64,000 bases of DNA from Pseudomonadales bacterium (GTDB lineage: Bacteria > Pseudomonadota > Gammaproteobacteria > Pseudomonadales > Azotimanducaceae), in contig DATCZA010000011.1 in NCBI GenBank assembly GCA_036526135.1, forward strand, positions 17,570 through 81,569. Reading direction: 5' to 3'. This document shows, in pieces, positions 34,034 through 42,913 of the stretch; the stretch's first letter is position 1, and each line of letters opens with the position of its first letter. The notes beneath the pieces were generated by a model. It saw nothing but the letters and a program-made list of their open reading frames with translations. It was not told the origin of the DNA and ran no database searches. The position numbers and the translations under genes were made by a program.

Positions 34034-37000
34034 GCAGTACCCAATCATCCCGATGTGGCTCGCCCGTTGGCTGGCGTGCGCCGTGGCCATCCTCTGCGCG
34101 CCCGCGGCGGCCGAGAAGGTGCAGGAAACCACCGCGACCCACGCAGCCGAGCGGCATCTCTCCAGCGACCAGACGTTCACCCAGTGGGCTTTCGATCCGG
34201 ACCGACTGGCCCAGGCCGACGGGGACCGGGTCGAGAAGATCGCGGTTGCAACCGTCGAGCCGCGCACCGTCAAGCTCAAAGACGTCGTCCGCCCGATTTA
34301 TTTCGACTCCGGCGTCGCGGAGATTCCGGCCAGCACCGTCGCCGAGCTGCGCCATGTGCTGGAAAGCATGCGCGAGCGGCGCAACGTACGGCTGAATCTG
34401 GTGGGCCACGCGGACAGCGAGTCGCTTTCCCCGGAGCTCGAGGACGTCTACGGCGACAACTTCGGGCTGTCCCGGGAGCGAGCGGGCCAGGTTGCCGACT
34501 ATCTGCAGGCGGTGCTCGCGCTGCCCGCCGAGGCGCTGTCCATCGAGTGGGCCGGCGACACCCGGCCCGTGGCCTCCAACGACACCGAAGCAGGCCGCGC
34601 GCTCAACCGCCGCGTGGAGGTCGAGGTGTGGTACGACGAGCTCGACGACGGCACTGCCATCGAAGAGAGAGTGGTCATCGACGAGATCGAGCGCGTGAAG
34701 GTGTGTCGCGTCGAAACGGTGTGCAAGCTCCGCTATCTCGATGGACACGACCGACGCGCCCGGGTGCTGAACCTGATCACGCCGCTGCACTACGGCGAGG
34801 AAGGCGTGGAGGTCACCGACGAGTTCACAGCCCAGGTGCAACGCACCATGGCGAGCCTGGGCGACCGCCAGAACGTCACGGTGAAGTTCATCGGCTACAC
34901 GGACAACCAGACGCTGGCAGGCCGCACGGCGAGAATCTACGGGACCCACGAAGTGCTCTCCAAAGCGCGCGCACGACGGGTGGCGCTGGCCATCCAGGAT
35001 CGCCTGGGCCTGGAGACGGCGGCCGTGGCGAGCAACGGGCTCGGCGCATCCAGGCCGCTGGCGTCCAACGAGACCACAGACGGGCGCGCCCTGAACCGGC
35101 GGGTGGAGGTCGAGTTCTGGTACGACGATCCGCTGCAGGATCTGCCAGACGAGCCCCAGCTGTGTCCGGGCGAGCCGGGCGCAGAGACGGTGACGCGGGT
35201 ATACGATCCGCCCTGGGGCGGCATCGGCAATCTCGAGCTCGAAGGCGGCCGTCCCGTCGTGCCCGCCGGCTACACCCAGGCCCTGGCCCGCGCCCTCGGC
35301 GACGTGGCCGACAAGCGCAACCCCCGCCTGCGCATCCTCGGCTACACGCGCAACGAGCGCCTGGACCGCCGCACCGCCTCGGTGTACGGCGACGACATCG
35401 GCCTGTCCGCTGCCAGAGCGCGACGGGCCATGGAAACGCTTTCAGCGGAGATGGGCCTGGCTCCAGAGCAGGCCGAGTTCGAAGGCCGCGGCTACGTGCA
35501 CTCGGCAGACGTGGTCAACGCCGGGTTCGTCCAGGACGAACGCTCCTACGTTGCCGTCCAGGTCGTCTACGACGATCTCGCCGTGGTCGACGACACCGAG
35601 GGAGTGGAGGTCACGCCGCTCACCCGGGAGCTGGAAACGAAGAACCCCTATGCGCTCAATCTCATGCGTATCACCGTGGACGGCGAGCCCATCGACGACC
35701 CGAACCGAAGCTCCGCCGACGTCCAGCGCTGCACGGACGTTGCCATGAAAGGCGCCGACATCCGCTTCGGCTTCGACAACTTAAGCTCGAAGCCGCGGCT
35801 GAGCGTGTCCGCCAGCACCGCGATCCTGGGGGTCACGGAAGCTGCCGAAGATTCCCTCTCCGCCAGCGGGCTGCAGTTCAGCATGTACGCGAACTACTCC
35901 CACTTCATCGACCGCTCGGAGATCCGCATCTTCGACCGGGACGCCTCCACCCAGACCGAGCCCATGGCCGTGATCGCCGTGGGTCCGGACGGCCAGGCGA
36001 CCTGGGAGCCCGTGTTGGATTCGTTTGCCGGCCCGGTGCGGGAGCTGAAGTACCTGCTGCGCGCCTACGATGCGCAGGACCGCTTCGACGAGACCACCAC
36101 GCAGCCCTTGTGGCTGGTGCGTGAGACCGGCAGCGCGGCGGCTGCCGAAGGCCCGGTCGCAGAGGCAGAGGAAGGCGAGCCCACCGACCCGCTCCAGCCG
36201 GAGTTGCTCTCCGGCTACGGCGAGAACGCTCTCGCCATGCACAACATCCGTCTTTCGAGCGGCACGGTTCGGGTCAGCGGCAGCGAGGTTCCCGAAGGCC
36301 ACCGCGTTTACGTCGCGGGTCGGGAAGTGCCCGTGGACGCCAAAGGCAACTTCGTCAGCGAGGAAATCCTGCCGGAGGGCGCCCACACCGTGGAGGTGGC
36401 CGTTCTCGACGATCAGGGCAGCGGGGAGTCCTATCTGCGGGATCTGGCGTTCGAGCCCAGCGACTGGTTCTACGTGGGCATGGCGGATCTGACGTTCTCC
36501 CACAACGAGACCAACGGCCCCATGGAACTGCTCATGGGGGACGATGCACCGTACGACTACGACTCGTCCGCCGACGGCCGGCTGGCCTTCTTCGTCAGCG
36601 GGAAGTTCGGCAACAAGTGGCGCCTCACGGCCAGCGCCGACACCCGTGAGGATTCCCTGGACAAGCTCTTCACGAACTTCCTGAGCAAGACGCCCGACTC
36701 CCTCTTCCGCCGCATGGAGCCGGACGATCACTATCCCACCTTCGGGGACGACGGCACGGTAGAGGAGCTCGCCCCGACCCTCGGCAAGTTCTACGTGAAG
36801 CTCAGCCAGCGCGAGAACCACGTCATGTGGGGCAATTTCAAGGTCGGCTACATGGACAACGAGCTCGCGCAGATCGACCGGGGGCTGTACGGCGCGAACT
36901 TCCACTACCAGGCCGCCGACACCACCAGCTTCGGCGAGCAGAAGTTCAGCGTGGATGCTTTCGCCGCCGAGCCCGGCACGGTGGCGAGCCGCCAGGAGTT

Positions 37001-39155
37001 CCGCGGCACCGGCGGGTCCCTCTACTTCCTGCGCCATCAGGATCTGATGGTGGGCTCCGAGCGGGTTCGGGTCGAGGTGCGGGACCGATCCTCCGGGCTC
37101 GTCACCGGCGTGGTGAACCTCAACCCCGGCTCCGACTACGACGTCGACTACCTCCAGGGCAGCATCATGCTGGCCGAGCCCCTGGCTTCCACGGTGGGCG
37201 ACGACCTGCTCGTGCGCAGCGGCGCGCTGGGCGGCGACGAGGCCTATCTGGTGGTTCGCTACGAGTACACGCCCGGCTTCGACGAGATCGACGCCCTGTC
37301 CGTGGGCGGCCAGATGCACTACTGGATCAACGACCACATCAAGGTGGGGCTCACCGCAAACGCCAACGAGGAAGGCGGCACGGACAGCGGGCTGCACGGT
37401 GCCGACCTCACCCTGCGCAAGAGCGCGGACTCCTGGGTCAAGCTGCAGGTGTCGCAGAGCGAGGGGCTCGTCACCGACACCCTGCGCTCGAGCGACGGCG
37501 GCTTCGAGTTCGCCGGCTACGACCCCTCGTCGTTCTCCGATGCCAGCGCCGGCGGCTACCGGGCCGACGTGAGCGTTGGCCTCGACGACTTCTCGTCCCG
37601 CCTGGACGGCCGAATCACCCTGTACGCCCAGGATCTGGATGCCGGCTACTCCGGCCCCGGTCTGACCACCGTTGGCGGCGCCCGCAACTTCGGCGGCACC
37701 TTCACCATGCCCGTGACGCGCAAGCTGGAAGTCAGCGCCAAGAGCGATCTGAGAAAGCAGCGTCAGGGCGTGGAGACGACGGCCCACGAGCTCGACCTGG
37801 TATACGACCTGACGCAGCGATGGGACATCAGCGCCGGCGTGCGACACGACGAGCTCACCGACCGCTCTCCCGTGGTGGCGCCCACCCAGGATCAGGGCCA
37901 GCGCATCGACGCCGTGATGCAGGTGGGCTACGACTCCCTCGGCCGCTGGAAGGCCTACGGTTTCGTTCAGGATACGGTTTCCTCTGACGGCGACAGGCCA
38001 GACAACGCACGCCTAGGCCTCGGCGGCCAGGTGCGCGTCACGGAGAAGATGACCATCGACTCCGAGTTTTCCACCGGCGATCTCGGCACGGGCGGAAAGC
38101 TCGGCACGACGTACATGCATTCGGAGCGGACCAGCCTTTACCTGAACTACGCCATGGACAACGAGCGAACCGAGCCCATGCTGCGCGCGCCCCGGGGCAG
38201 CGAGGGCAACCTGGTTTCAGGGATCAAGACGCGGCTGTCCGACGCCACGAGCGTGTACGTGGAGAGCCGCTACCGGCACGGCGATACGGCCAACGGCCTC
38301 ACCTACGCCTCCGGCGTGAACTTCACCGCGTCCAACAGCTTCAACATCGGCGCGAACACGGACATCGGCACGCTGAAGGATCTGTCCACGGGAGCGGAGA
38401 CCGACCGCAAGGCCGCCGGCGTCCGGGTCGCTTTCGGCACCGAGCGCCTGCAGCTCTCCAGCGGCATCGAGTACCGGAGCGACGACACCGAGCAGCTGGA
38501 CGACACCACCTCCAACCGCAAGACCTGGCTGTTCAGGAACACGCTGAAGTACCAGCTGAACGAAAGCTCCCGTCTCGTGGGCAAGCTGAACCACGCCGAC
38601 AGCACGAGCTCGCTGGGCAACTTCTTCGCCGGCGGCTACACCGAGGCCGTGTTCGGCTATGCGTACCGACCGGTGCGTCACGACAGGCTCAACACGCTGA
38701 TGAAGTACACGTACTTCTACAACGTCCCGACCACGGATCAGGTCTCGCTCACCCAGACCGCGGCGGACTTCGTCCAGAAGAGCCACATCGCGTCCGTGGA
38801 CGTCACCTACGATCTCACCTCACGCTGGTCCATCGGCGGCAAGTACGCATACCGCCTCGGCGAGATCAGCTACGATCGGGAAAACCCCGAGTTCTTCAGC
38901 AACACCGCCAGCCTCTACGTGGTCCGGCTGGACTGGGAGTTCCGCGAGAACTGGGAAATCATGGCCGAGACGCGCCTGCTGGACATGGCCGATTTTCAAG
39001 AGCAGCGCCAGGGCTATCTCGTTGCCGTCTCGCGCAACTTCGGCGATCACTTCAAGGTCGGCGCCGGCTACAACTTCACGGACTTCTCGTCCGACCTGAC
39101 GGATCTGAGCTTCGATCATCAGGGCATGTTCCTCAACCTCACCGGCGCGTTCTAG
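34026..39155 (+). CDS. Outer-membrane protein with three OmpA-like peptidoglycan-binding domains and a large C-terminal beta-barrel
   Basis: Signal peptide MSKQYPIIPMWLARWLACAVAILCAPAAA. Three OmpA_C-like modules, two with the NRRVEVE motif (..LVGHADSE..GLSRERAGQVADYL..NRRVEVEVWY; ..FIGYTDNQ..SKARARRVALAI..NRRVEVEFWY) and a third without it (..ILGYTRNE..SAARARRAMETL..). The distal ~600 aa have alternating beta-strand character and end ..MFLNLTGAF (terminal Phe beta-signal). The start overlaps the stop of the giant gene (ATG 34026 or 34017 versus TAA 34031-34033). Confidence 0.85.
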   Translation: MSKQYPIIPMWLARWLACAVAILCAPAAAEKVQETTATHAAERHLSSDQTFTQWAFDPDRLAQADGDRVEKIAVATVEPRTVKLKDVVRPIYFDSGVAEIPASTVAELRHVLESMRERRNVRLNLVGHADSESLSPELEDVYGDNFGLSRERAGQVADYLQAVLALPAEALSIEWAGDTRPVASNDTEAGRALNRRVEVEVWYDELDDGTAIEERVVIDEIERVKVCRVETVCKLRYLDGHDRRARVLNLITPLHYGEEGVEVTDEFTAQVQRTMASLGDRQNVTVKFIGYTDNQTLAGRTARIYGTHEVLSKARARRVALAIQDRLGLETAAVASNGLGASRPLASNETTDGRALNRRVEVEFWYDDPLQDLPDEPQLCPGEPGAETVTRVYDPPWGGIGNLELEGGRPVVPAGYTQALARALGDVADKRNPRLRILGYTRNERLDRRTASVYGDDIGLSAARARRAMETLSAEMGLAPEQAEFEGRGYVHSADVVNAGFVQDERSYVAVQVVYDDLAVVDDTEGVEVTPLTRELETKNPYALNLMRITVDGEPIDDPNRSSADVQRCTDVAMKGADIRFGFDNLSSKPRLSVSASTAILGVTEAAEDSLSASGLQFSMYANYSHFIDRSEIRIFDRDASTQTEPMAVIAVGPDGQATWEPVLDSFAGPVRELKYLLRAYDAQDRFDETTTQPLWLVRETGSAAAAEGPVAEAEEGEPTDPLQPELLSGYGENALAMHNIRLSSGTVRVSGSEVPEGHRVYVAGREVPVDAKGNFVSEEILPEGAHTVEVAVLDDQGSGESYLRDLAFEPSDWFYVGMADLTFSHNETNGPMELLMGDDAPYDYDSSADGRLAFFVSGKFGNKWRLTASADTREDSLDKLFTNFLSKTPDSLFRRMEPDDHYPTFGDDGTVEELAPTLGKFYVKLSQRENHVMWGNFKVGYMDNELAQIDRGLYGANFHYQAADTTSFGEQKFSVDAFAAEPGTVASRQEFRGTGGSLYFLRHQDLMVGSERVRVEVRDRSSGLVTGVVNLNPGSDYDVDYLQGSIMLAEPLASTVGDDLLVRSGALGGDEAYLVVRYEYTPGFDEIDALSVGGQMHYWINDHIKVGLTANANEEGGTDSGLHGADLTLRKSADSWVKLQVSQSEGLVTDTLRSSDGGFEFAGYDPSSFSDASAGGYRADVSVGLDDFSSRLDGRITLYAQDLDAGYSGPGLTTVGGARNFGGTFTMPVTRKLEVSAKSDLRKQRQGVETTAHELDLVYDLTQRWDISAGVRHDELTDRSPVVAPTQDQGQRIDAVMQVGYDSLGRWKAYGFVQDTVSSDGDRPDNARLGLGGQVRVTEKMTIDSEFSTGDLGTGGKLGTTYMHSERTSLYLNYAMDNERTEPMLRAPRGSEGNLVSGIKTRLSDATSVYVESRYRHGDTANGLTYASGVNFTASNSFNIGANTDIGTLKDLSTGAETDRKAAGVRVAFGTERLQLSSGIEYRSDDTEQLDDTTSNRKTWLFRNTLKYQLNESSRLVGKLNHADSTSSLGNFFAGGYTEAVFGYAYRPVRHDRLNTLMKYTYFYNVPTTDQVSLTQTAADFVQKSHIASVDVTYDLTSRWSIGGKYAYRLGEISYDRENPEFFSNTASLYVVRLDWEFRENWEIMAETRLLDMADFQEQRQGYLVAVSRNFGDHFKVGAGYNFTDFSSDLTDLSFDHQGMFLNLTGAF

Positions 39156-39180
39156 CCGTGAAGTCGTGCGGGCCAGCCGG

Positions 39181-39438
39181 TCAGCGTGGCAAGGCGGCTC
39201 GGCCGGTGCGGCGATCTCCGTCGCGCTCGGCGAATTCCATTTCCAGGTAGTCGACGCTCGAGCGAAGGGCCCGCTGCTCTTCCCAGTCTTCCAGCCGGCG
39301 CCGCAGTCCCCGGCTGCGCGCCACGTGCTCGCGCCTCAAGCTTTCCCGCCGGTCGATGCGGGCCTGCAGCCGTCGCACCTGCTCGAGAATGTGAGGCGAT
39401 AACCCTTCCTCGTCGTCTTCGTCGAAAATTTCAGTCAT
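39181..39438 (-). CDS. Small acidic/Arg-rich coiled-coil protein (possibly PA3496-like family)
   Basis: 85 aa: MTEIFDEDDEEGLSPHILEQVRRLQARIDRRESLRREHVARSRGLRRRLEDWEEQRAL... It is divergent from an hdfR-like lysR. The family assignment is from memory and tentative. Confidence 0.5.
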   Translation of the reverse strand: MTEIFDEDDEEGLSPHILEQVRRLQARIDRRESLRREHVARSRGLRRRLEDWEEQRALRSSVDYLEMEFAERDGDRRTGRAALPR

Positions 39439-39478
39439 GTCGCTCTCGATGCGGGGCCGCAACGCCCCGGATAACGTC

Positions 39479-39494
39479 GGCGTATATATACGCC
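39479..39494. promoter_or_regulatory. Perfect 16-bp palindrome GGCGTATATATACGCC in a divergent promoter region
   Basis: Read directly from the sequence. It lies between the small gene (start 39438) and the lysR gene (start 39559), in the only AT-rich patch of this region. Confidence 0.4.
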
Positions 39495-39532
39495 CGGCTA
39501 TTTGGCAAATACATCAAATATTTCTGTACTTT

Positions 39533-39553
39533 TTGATAACAGATGTTTATCAA
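39533..39553. promoter_or_regulatory. LysR-type binding site candidate (TTGATAA-N7-TTATCAA, contains T-N11-A)
   Basis: 7-bp inverted arms with a 7-bp spacer, ending 6 nt before the lysR ATG. The inner TAACAGATGTTTA fits T-N11-A. Confidence 0.5.
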
Positions 39554-39558
39554 AAGGC

Positions 39559-40401
39559 ATGGAAACCGAGCTGCTCAGAACTTTCCTGGAAGTCAATCGC
39601 ACCCGCCACTTCGCTCGCGCCGCCAGCAACCTGCACCTGACTCAGGCGGCCGTGAGCGCGCGGGTGCGCCATCTCGAGGAAATCGTCGGCGAGCGGCTGT
39701 TCACCCGCACCAGAAACAACATCCAGCTGACCGTCGCCGGGCACCGGCTGCTCGGACATGCCGAGGCGATCGTCGGGTCCTGGAACCGGGCCCTCCTCGA
39801 AACCGGCGCCCCGGCGAGCACGCGGGCGCTGGTGGCGCTGGGTTGTCTGCCCAGCATCTGGGAAACGTATCTGACCGACTGGCTGAGCCGCACCTACGAG
39901 GACCTGTCGCCGATCTTGTTGCAGATCGAACTGCTCAACACCGAGGCGCTCGTCAGGCGCCTGCGGGAGAACTCCATCACCATCGGGCTTCTCTACGAAC
40001 CGCCCCAAGCGGACGATCTGATTGCCGAGCAGGTCACCGAGGTCAGCGTAAGGCTGGTCTCGTCCAGCCAGGGGCTCAGCGTCTCGGACTCTCTGCCCGG
40101 TTACGTTTACGTCGACTGGGGAACGTCTTTCGCCATCGCGCACGATACGCGCCTGGGGATTTCAACCCCGCCCGCGCTGCGGGTCGACACGCCGGCTATC
40201 GCCTACCGCTTTCTCACCGAGCACGGCGGAACGGCGTATCTGCCGTCGGCCATGGTCGCCGGTGCCCTGTCCGCAGGGCTGCTGTTTCCCGTCGCAGGAG
40301 GGAAGACGTTCACGAGGGCCGCGTTCATCGCGAGGAGCGCGACCGCCAGCGCGGTCGATTCGATCAAGGCCGTGACGGCGAGCCTGCGAGCGCTGGTGTA
40401 G
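39559..40401 (+). CDS. LysR family transcriptional regulator, HdfR-like
   Basis: METELLRTFLEVNRTRHFARAASNLHLTQAAVSARVRHLEEIVGERLFTRTRNNIQLTVAG closely parallels the HdfR N-terminus ([40 protein letters not shown].., from memory). Start trimmed to ATG 39559. Confidence 0.85.
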   Translation: METELLRTFLEVNRTRHFARAASNLHLTQAAVSARVRHLEEIVGERLFTRTRNNIQLTVAGHRLLGHAEAIVGSWNRALLETGAPASTRALVALGCLPSIWETYLTDWLSRTYEDLSPILLQIELLNTEALVRRLRENSITIGLLYEPPQADDLIAEQVTEVSVRLVSSSQGLSVSDSLPGYVYVDWGTSFAIAHDTRLGISTPPALRVDTPAIAYRFLTEHGGTAYLPSAMVAGALSAGLLFPVAGGKTFTRAAFIARSATASAVDSIKAVTASLRALV

Positions 40402-42688
40402 ACGCCGACTCAAACGCCCCCCCATGGGCCAGCAGATGATCCAGCCCGAGCCCGGCCAGCGCCGCGGCGATGGCCACGCGGCTCGACCCGGGATTACGGC
40501 AGGCCAACGCACTGCGGGCCAACGCCTGTGCCTCACGGATCGATATGCCTCGAATCAGCGCCCTGATACGCGGAAGGCTGTATGCGTTCATGCTCAGCGC
40601 CCGATAGCCGAGCCCAAGCAGCACGACCACCCCGACGGGGTCGGCCGCCATCTCCCCGCAGATCGACAAGCGGATGCCGAGATCTTCGACGCGCCGCGCG
40701 ATCACGTCGAGGCAGCCGAGCACGCCGGGATGAAGGTAGTCGTAGCGGCCGACCACCCGGGGGTTGCCGCGGTCGACGGCGAGCAGGTACTGAGCCAGAT
40801 CGTTGGAACCGACACAGGCGAAGTCGATCTCCGGGGCCAGGTCCGGCAGCACGTCGACCACCGCAGGAATTTCGACCATGACGCCCAGCGGAGGCATGCG
40901 GATGTCGAGGCCTTCCGCCGTGAGCGCTGCCGCGACCGTGTTTGCCAGGCGTCTCGCCTCTTGCACTTCGCTTACGTCGCTGATCATCGGGAGCATGATC
41001 TGCAGATTGCCAAGGCCATGATCGGCGCGGAGCATGGCGCGCAGTTGGGAGACCAAGATTGCCGGATTGTCGAGGGCGAAGCGAATGCCCCGCCATCCCA
41101 GCGCAGGGTTCTCCTCCTGGGTCGGCAGGTAAGGCAGCTGCTTGTCACCACCGAGGTCCACGGTGCGAATGGTCACCGGCAACGGATGATAAATCTCGAG
41201 CAGCTCGCGATAGGTCGCATACTGCTCAGCCTCGGTAGGCAGGACGGGGCTCATCAGGAACGGGATTTCCGAGCGATACAGGCCGATGCCTTCCGCGCCC
41301 CGCAGCTTGCCCGGCCGGACATCGGCCATGAGCCCCGTATTCGCCAGCAGAGTGATTCGGCACCCGTCCGTCGTGACGCCCGGGAGATCCTTCTGCGCCA
41401 GCAGTTCGTTCTGCAGCTGACGTTCGGAGGCGACGAGCTCCTCATAGGCCCGCAGCAGCACGCCAGGAGGCTCGAAGATCACCTCGCCGCCATCGCCGTC
41501 GACGATCACGGGCATGCCCTCGACGATGTGGTCAACCGGACCGATCCCGACGACGGCGGGGATGCCCAGCGCCCGGGCAAGCACGGCCGTGTGAGAGTAC
41601 GAAGAGCCCTGCAGGCAGACGATTCCGGCCAGCTGCTCGGGCCTGAACGCGCCCACGTCGGCTATCCCCACCGAGCCGCCGAGCAGCACGACGCCCTCGG
41701 CATGCTCGGGCGACGGCATGGCGCTGCCCAGGATCTCCACGAGCAGCTTGTTTCCAACATGGCGCACGTCCTCGGCACGGGCGCTGAGATAGTCGTCTTC
41801 GATGGCTTCGAATGCGGCAATGGTCTCATCGACCGTCGCGCGAACCGCCGAGAACGCGCTGTGCCCTTCACGCACCCGCCCCGCCGCGGCGGTCACCAGC
41901 CGGTCTCCGGACAGCATGGCGTTGTACAGATCGAAGAGCTCCAGCACGTCGGGGGCCACATGGGCCTCGAGCTGGGACTTGGCGCGCCCGATCTTCTCTC
42001 GGGTCCGCGACACGGCAGTTTCCAGGACGCCGATCTCCTCTTCGGTGCCGGCAGATTGCGGTTCCTCGACCAGCTGCACGGTCTGCTCGCTGAGCACCAG
42101 GTGAACGCGCCCCACAGCCTTGCCGGGCGACCCCGACCGCCCGCGCAGCCTGCGCCCGGACGTCGACGCCGGCGCGCGCAGCGGCAGCAGAATGGGTCCA
42201 AGCTGGGCGGCTACGGTCACCAGGAAAGAGACCTCGTCCTCGCTGAACGCCGAGGGCCGATCGTCCTGCACGATGAGCACGCCGTTGACGGCGCCCAGAT
42301 GGATGATCGGCACCCCGAGGAAGGCGGGAAACGCCTCTTCACCGGACTGCGGGAACAGACGAAAGTCGGGATGGGCCGAAGCATCGGCCAGGTTGAGCGA
42401 CATCCGGTCCCGGGCGATCCTGCCAACGAGCCCCTCACCCATCGGCAGCGCGATACGCCCGACGGACTCGGGAGCGAACCCGCAGTTGGCTACCATCCTG
42501 AGAGTGTCGTCAAAGCGCTGATACAGGCTGCAGGCGCCCGCTGCCATGGCGTCACGGACCTGCGAAACCAGCCGCTCGACCTGCTCCTCCACGGTGTGCG
42601 CCGAGCTGGCATCGACGAGAATCCGCTGCAGGAGCTGCAGGGAAACACGGTTCTCGGGCCGCTTACCCCCCATCGTCGGCATCGTCAT
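40364..42688 (-). CDS. ptsP: Phosphoenolpyruvate-protein phosphotransferase PtsP (EI-Ntr; GAF + PEP-utilizing domains)
   Basis: N-terminal GAF-like region (..ACSLYQRFDDTLRMVANCGF..LGVPIIHLGAVNGVLIVQD..) followed by enzyme I motifs (..GSSYSHTAVLARALGIPAVVG.., ..GLYRSEIPFL.., ..GSNDLAQY..). Start uncertain (ATG 42688, 42682 or 42673). Confidence 0.9.
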   Translation of the reverse strand: MTMPTMGGKRPENRVSLQLLQRILVDASSAHTVEEQVERLVSQVRDAMAAGACSLYQRFDDTLRMVANCGFAPESVGRIALPMGEGLVGRIARDRMSLNLADASAHPDFRLFPQSGEEAFPAFLGVPIIHLGAVNGVLIVQDDRPSAFSEDEVSFLVTVAAQLGPILLPLRAPASTSGRRLRGRSGSPGKAVGRVHLVLSEQTVQLVEEPQSAGTEEEIGVLETAVSRTREKIGRAKSQLEAHVAPDVLELFDLYNAMLSGDRLVTAAAGRVREGHSAFSAVRATVDETIAAFEAIEDDYLSARAEDVRHVGNKLLVEILGSAMPSPEHAEGVVLLGGSVGIADVGAFRPEQLAGIVCLQGSSYSHTAVLARALGIPAVVGIGPVDHIVEGMPVIVDGDGGEVIFEPPGVLLRAYEELVASERQLQNELLAQKDLPGVTTDGCRITLLANTGLMADVRPGKLRGAEGIGLYRSEIPFLMSPVLPTEAEQYATYRELLEIYHPLPVTIRTVDLGGDKQLPYLPTQEENPALGWRGIRFALDNPAILVSQLRAMLRADHGLGNLQIMLPMISDVSEVQEARRLANTVAAALTAEGLDIRMPPLGVMVEIPAVVDVLPDLAPEIDFACVGSNDLAQYLLAVDRGNPRVVGRYDYLHPGVLGCLDVIARRVEDLGIRLSICGEMAADPVGVVVLLGLGYRALSMNAYSLPRIRALIRGISIREAQALARSALACRNPGSSRVAIAAALAGLGLDHLLAHGGAFESASTPALAGSPSRP

Positions 42689-42913
42689 CGCCGGCTCGCG
42701 GCGGTCCGCCTGCCGGTTGTCGTCGGCATTGATCGGACCTCTTGGCGGCAGCGCCCAGCAATCGCCCGAGGCGCACTCTGAGCGCACGCGCCGCGAACCC
42801 ATGAGATTCCGGCATGGCCTGCTCGTAAAGCGTTCTCAGGCCGGCTTCGAGTTTCGAACGATCTTTCACGGGCGCCTATTTGTCCACGGCTCCATAGACA
42901 TTAGACTGCGCGC

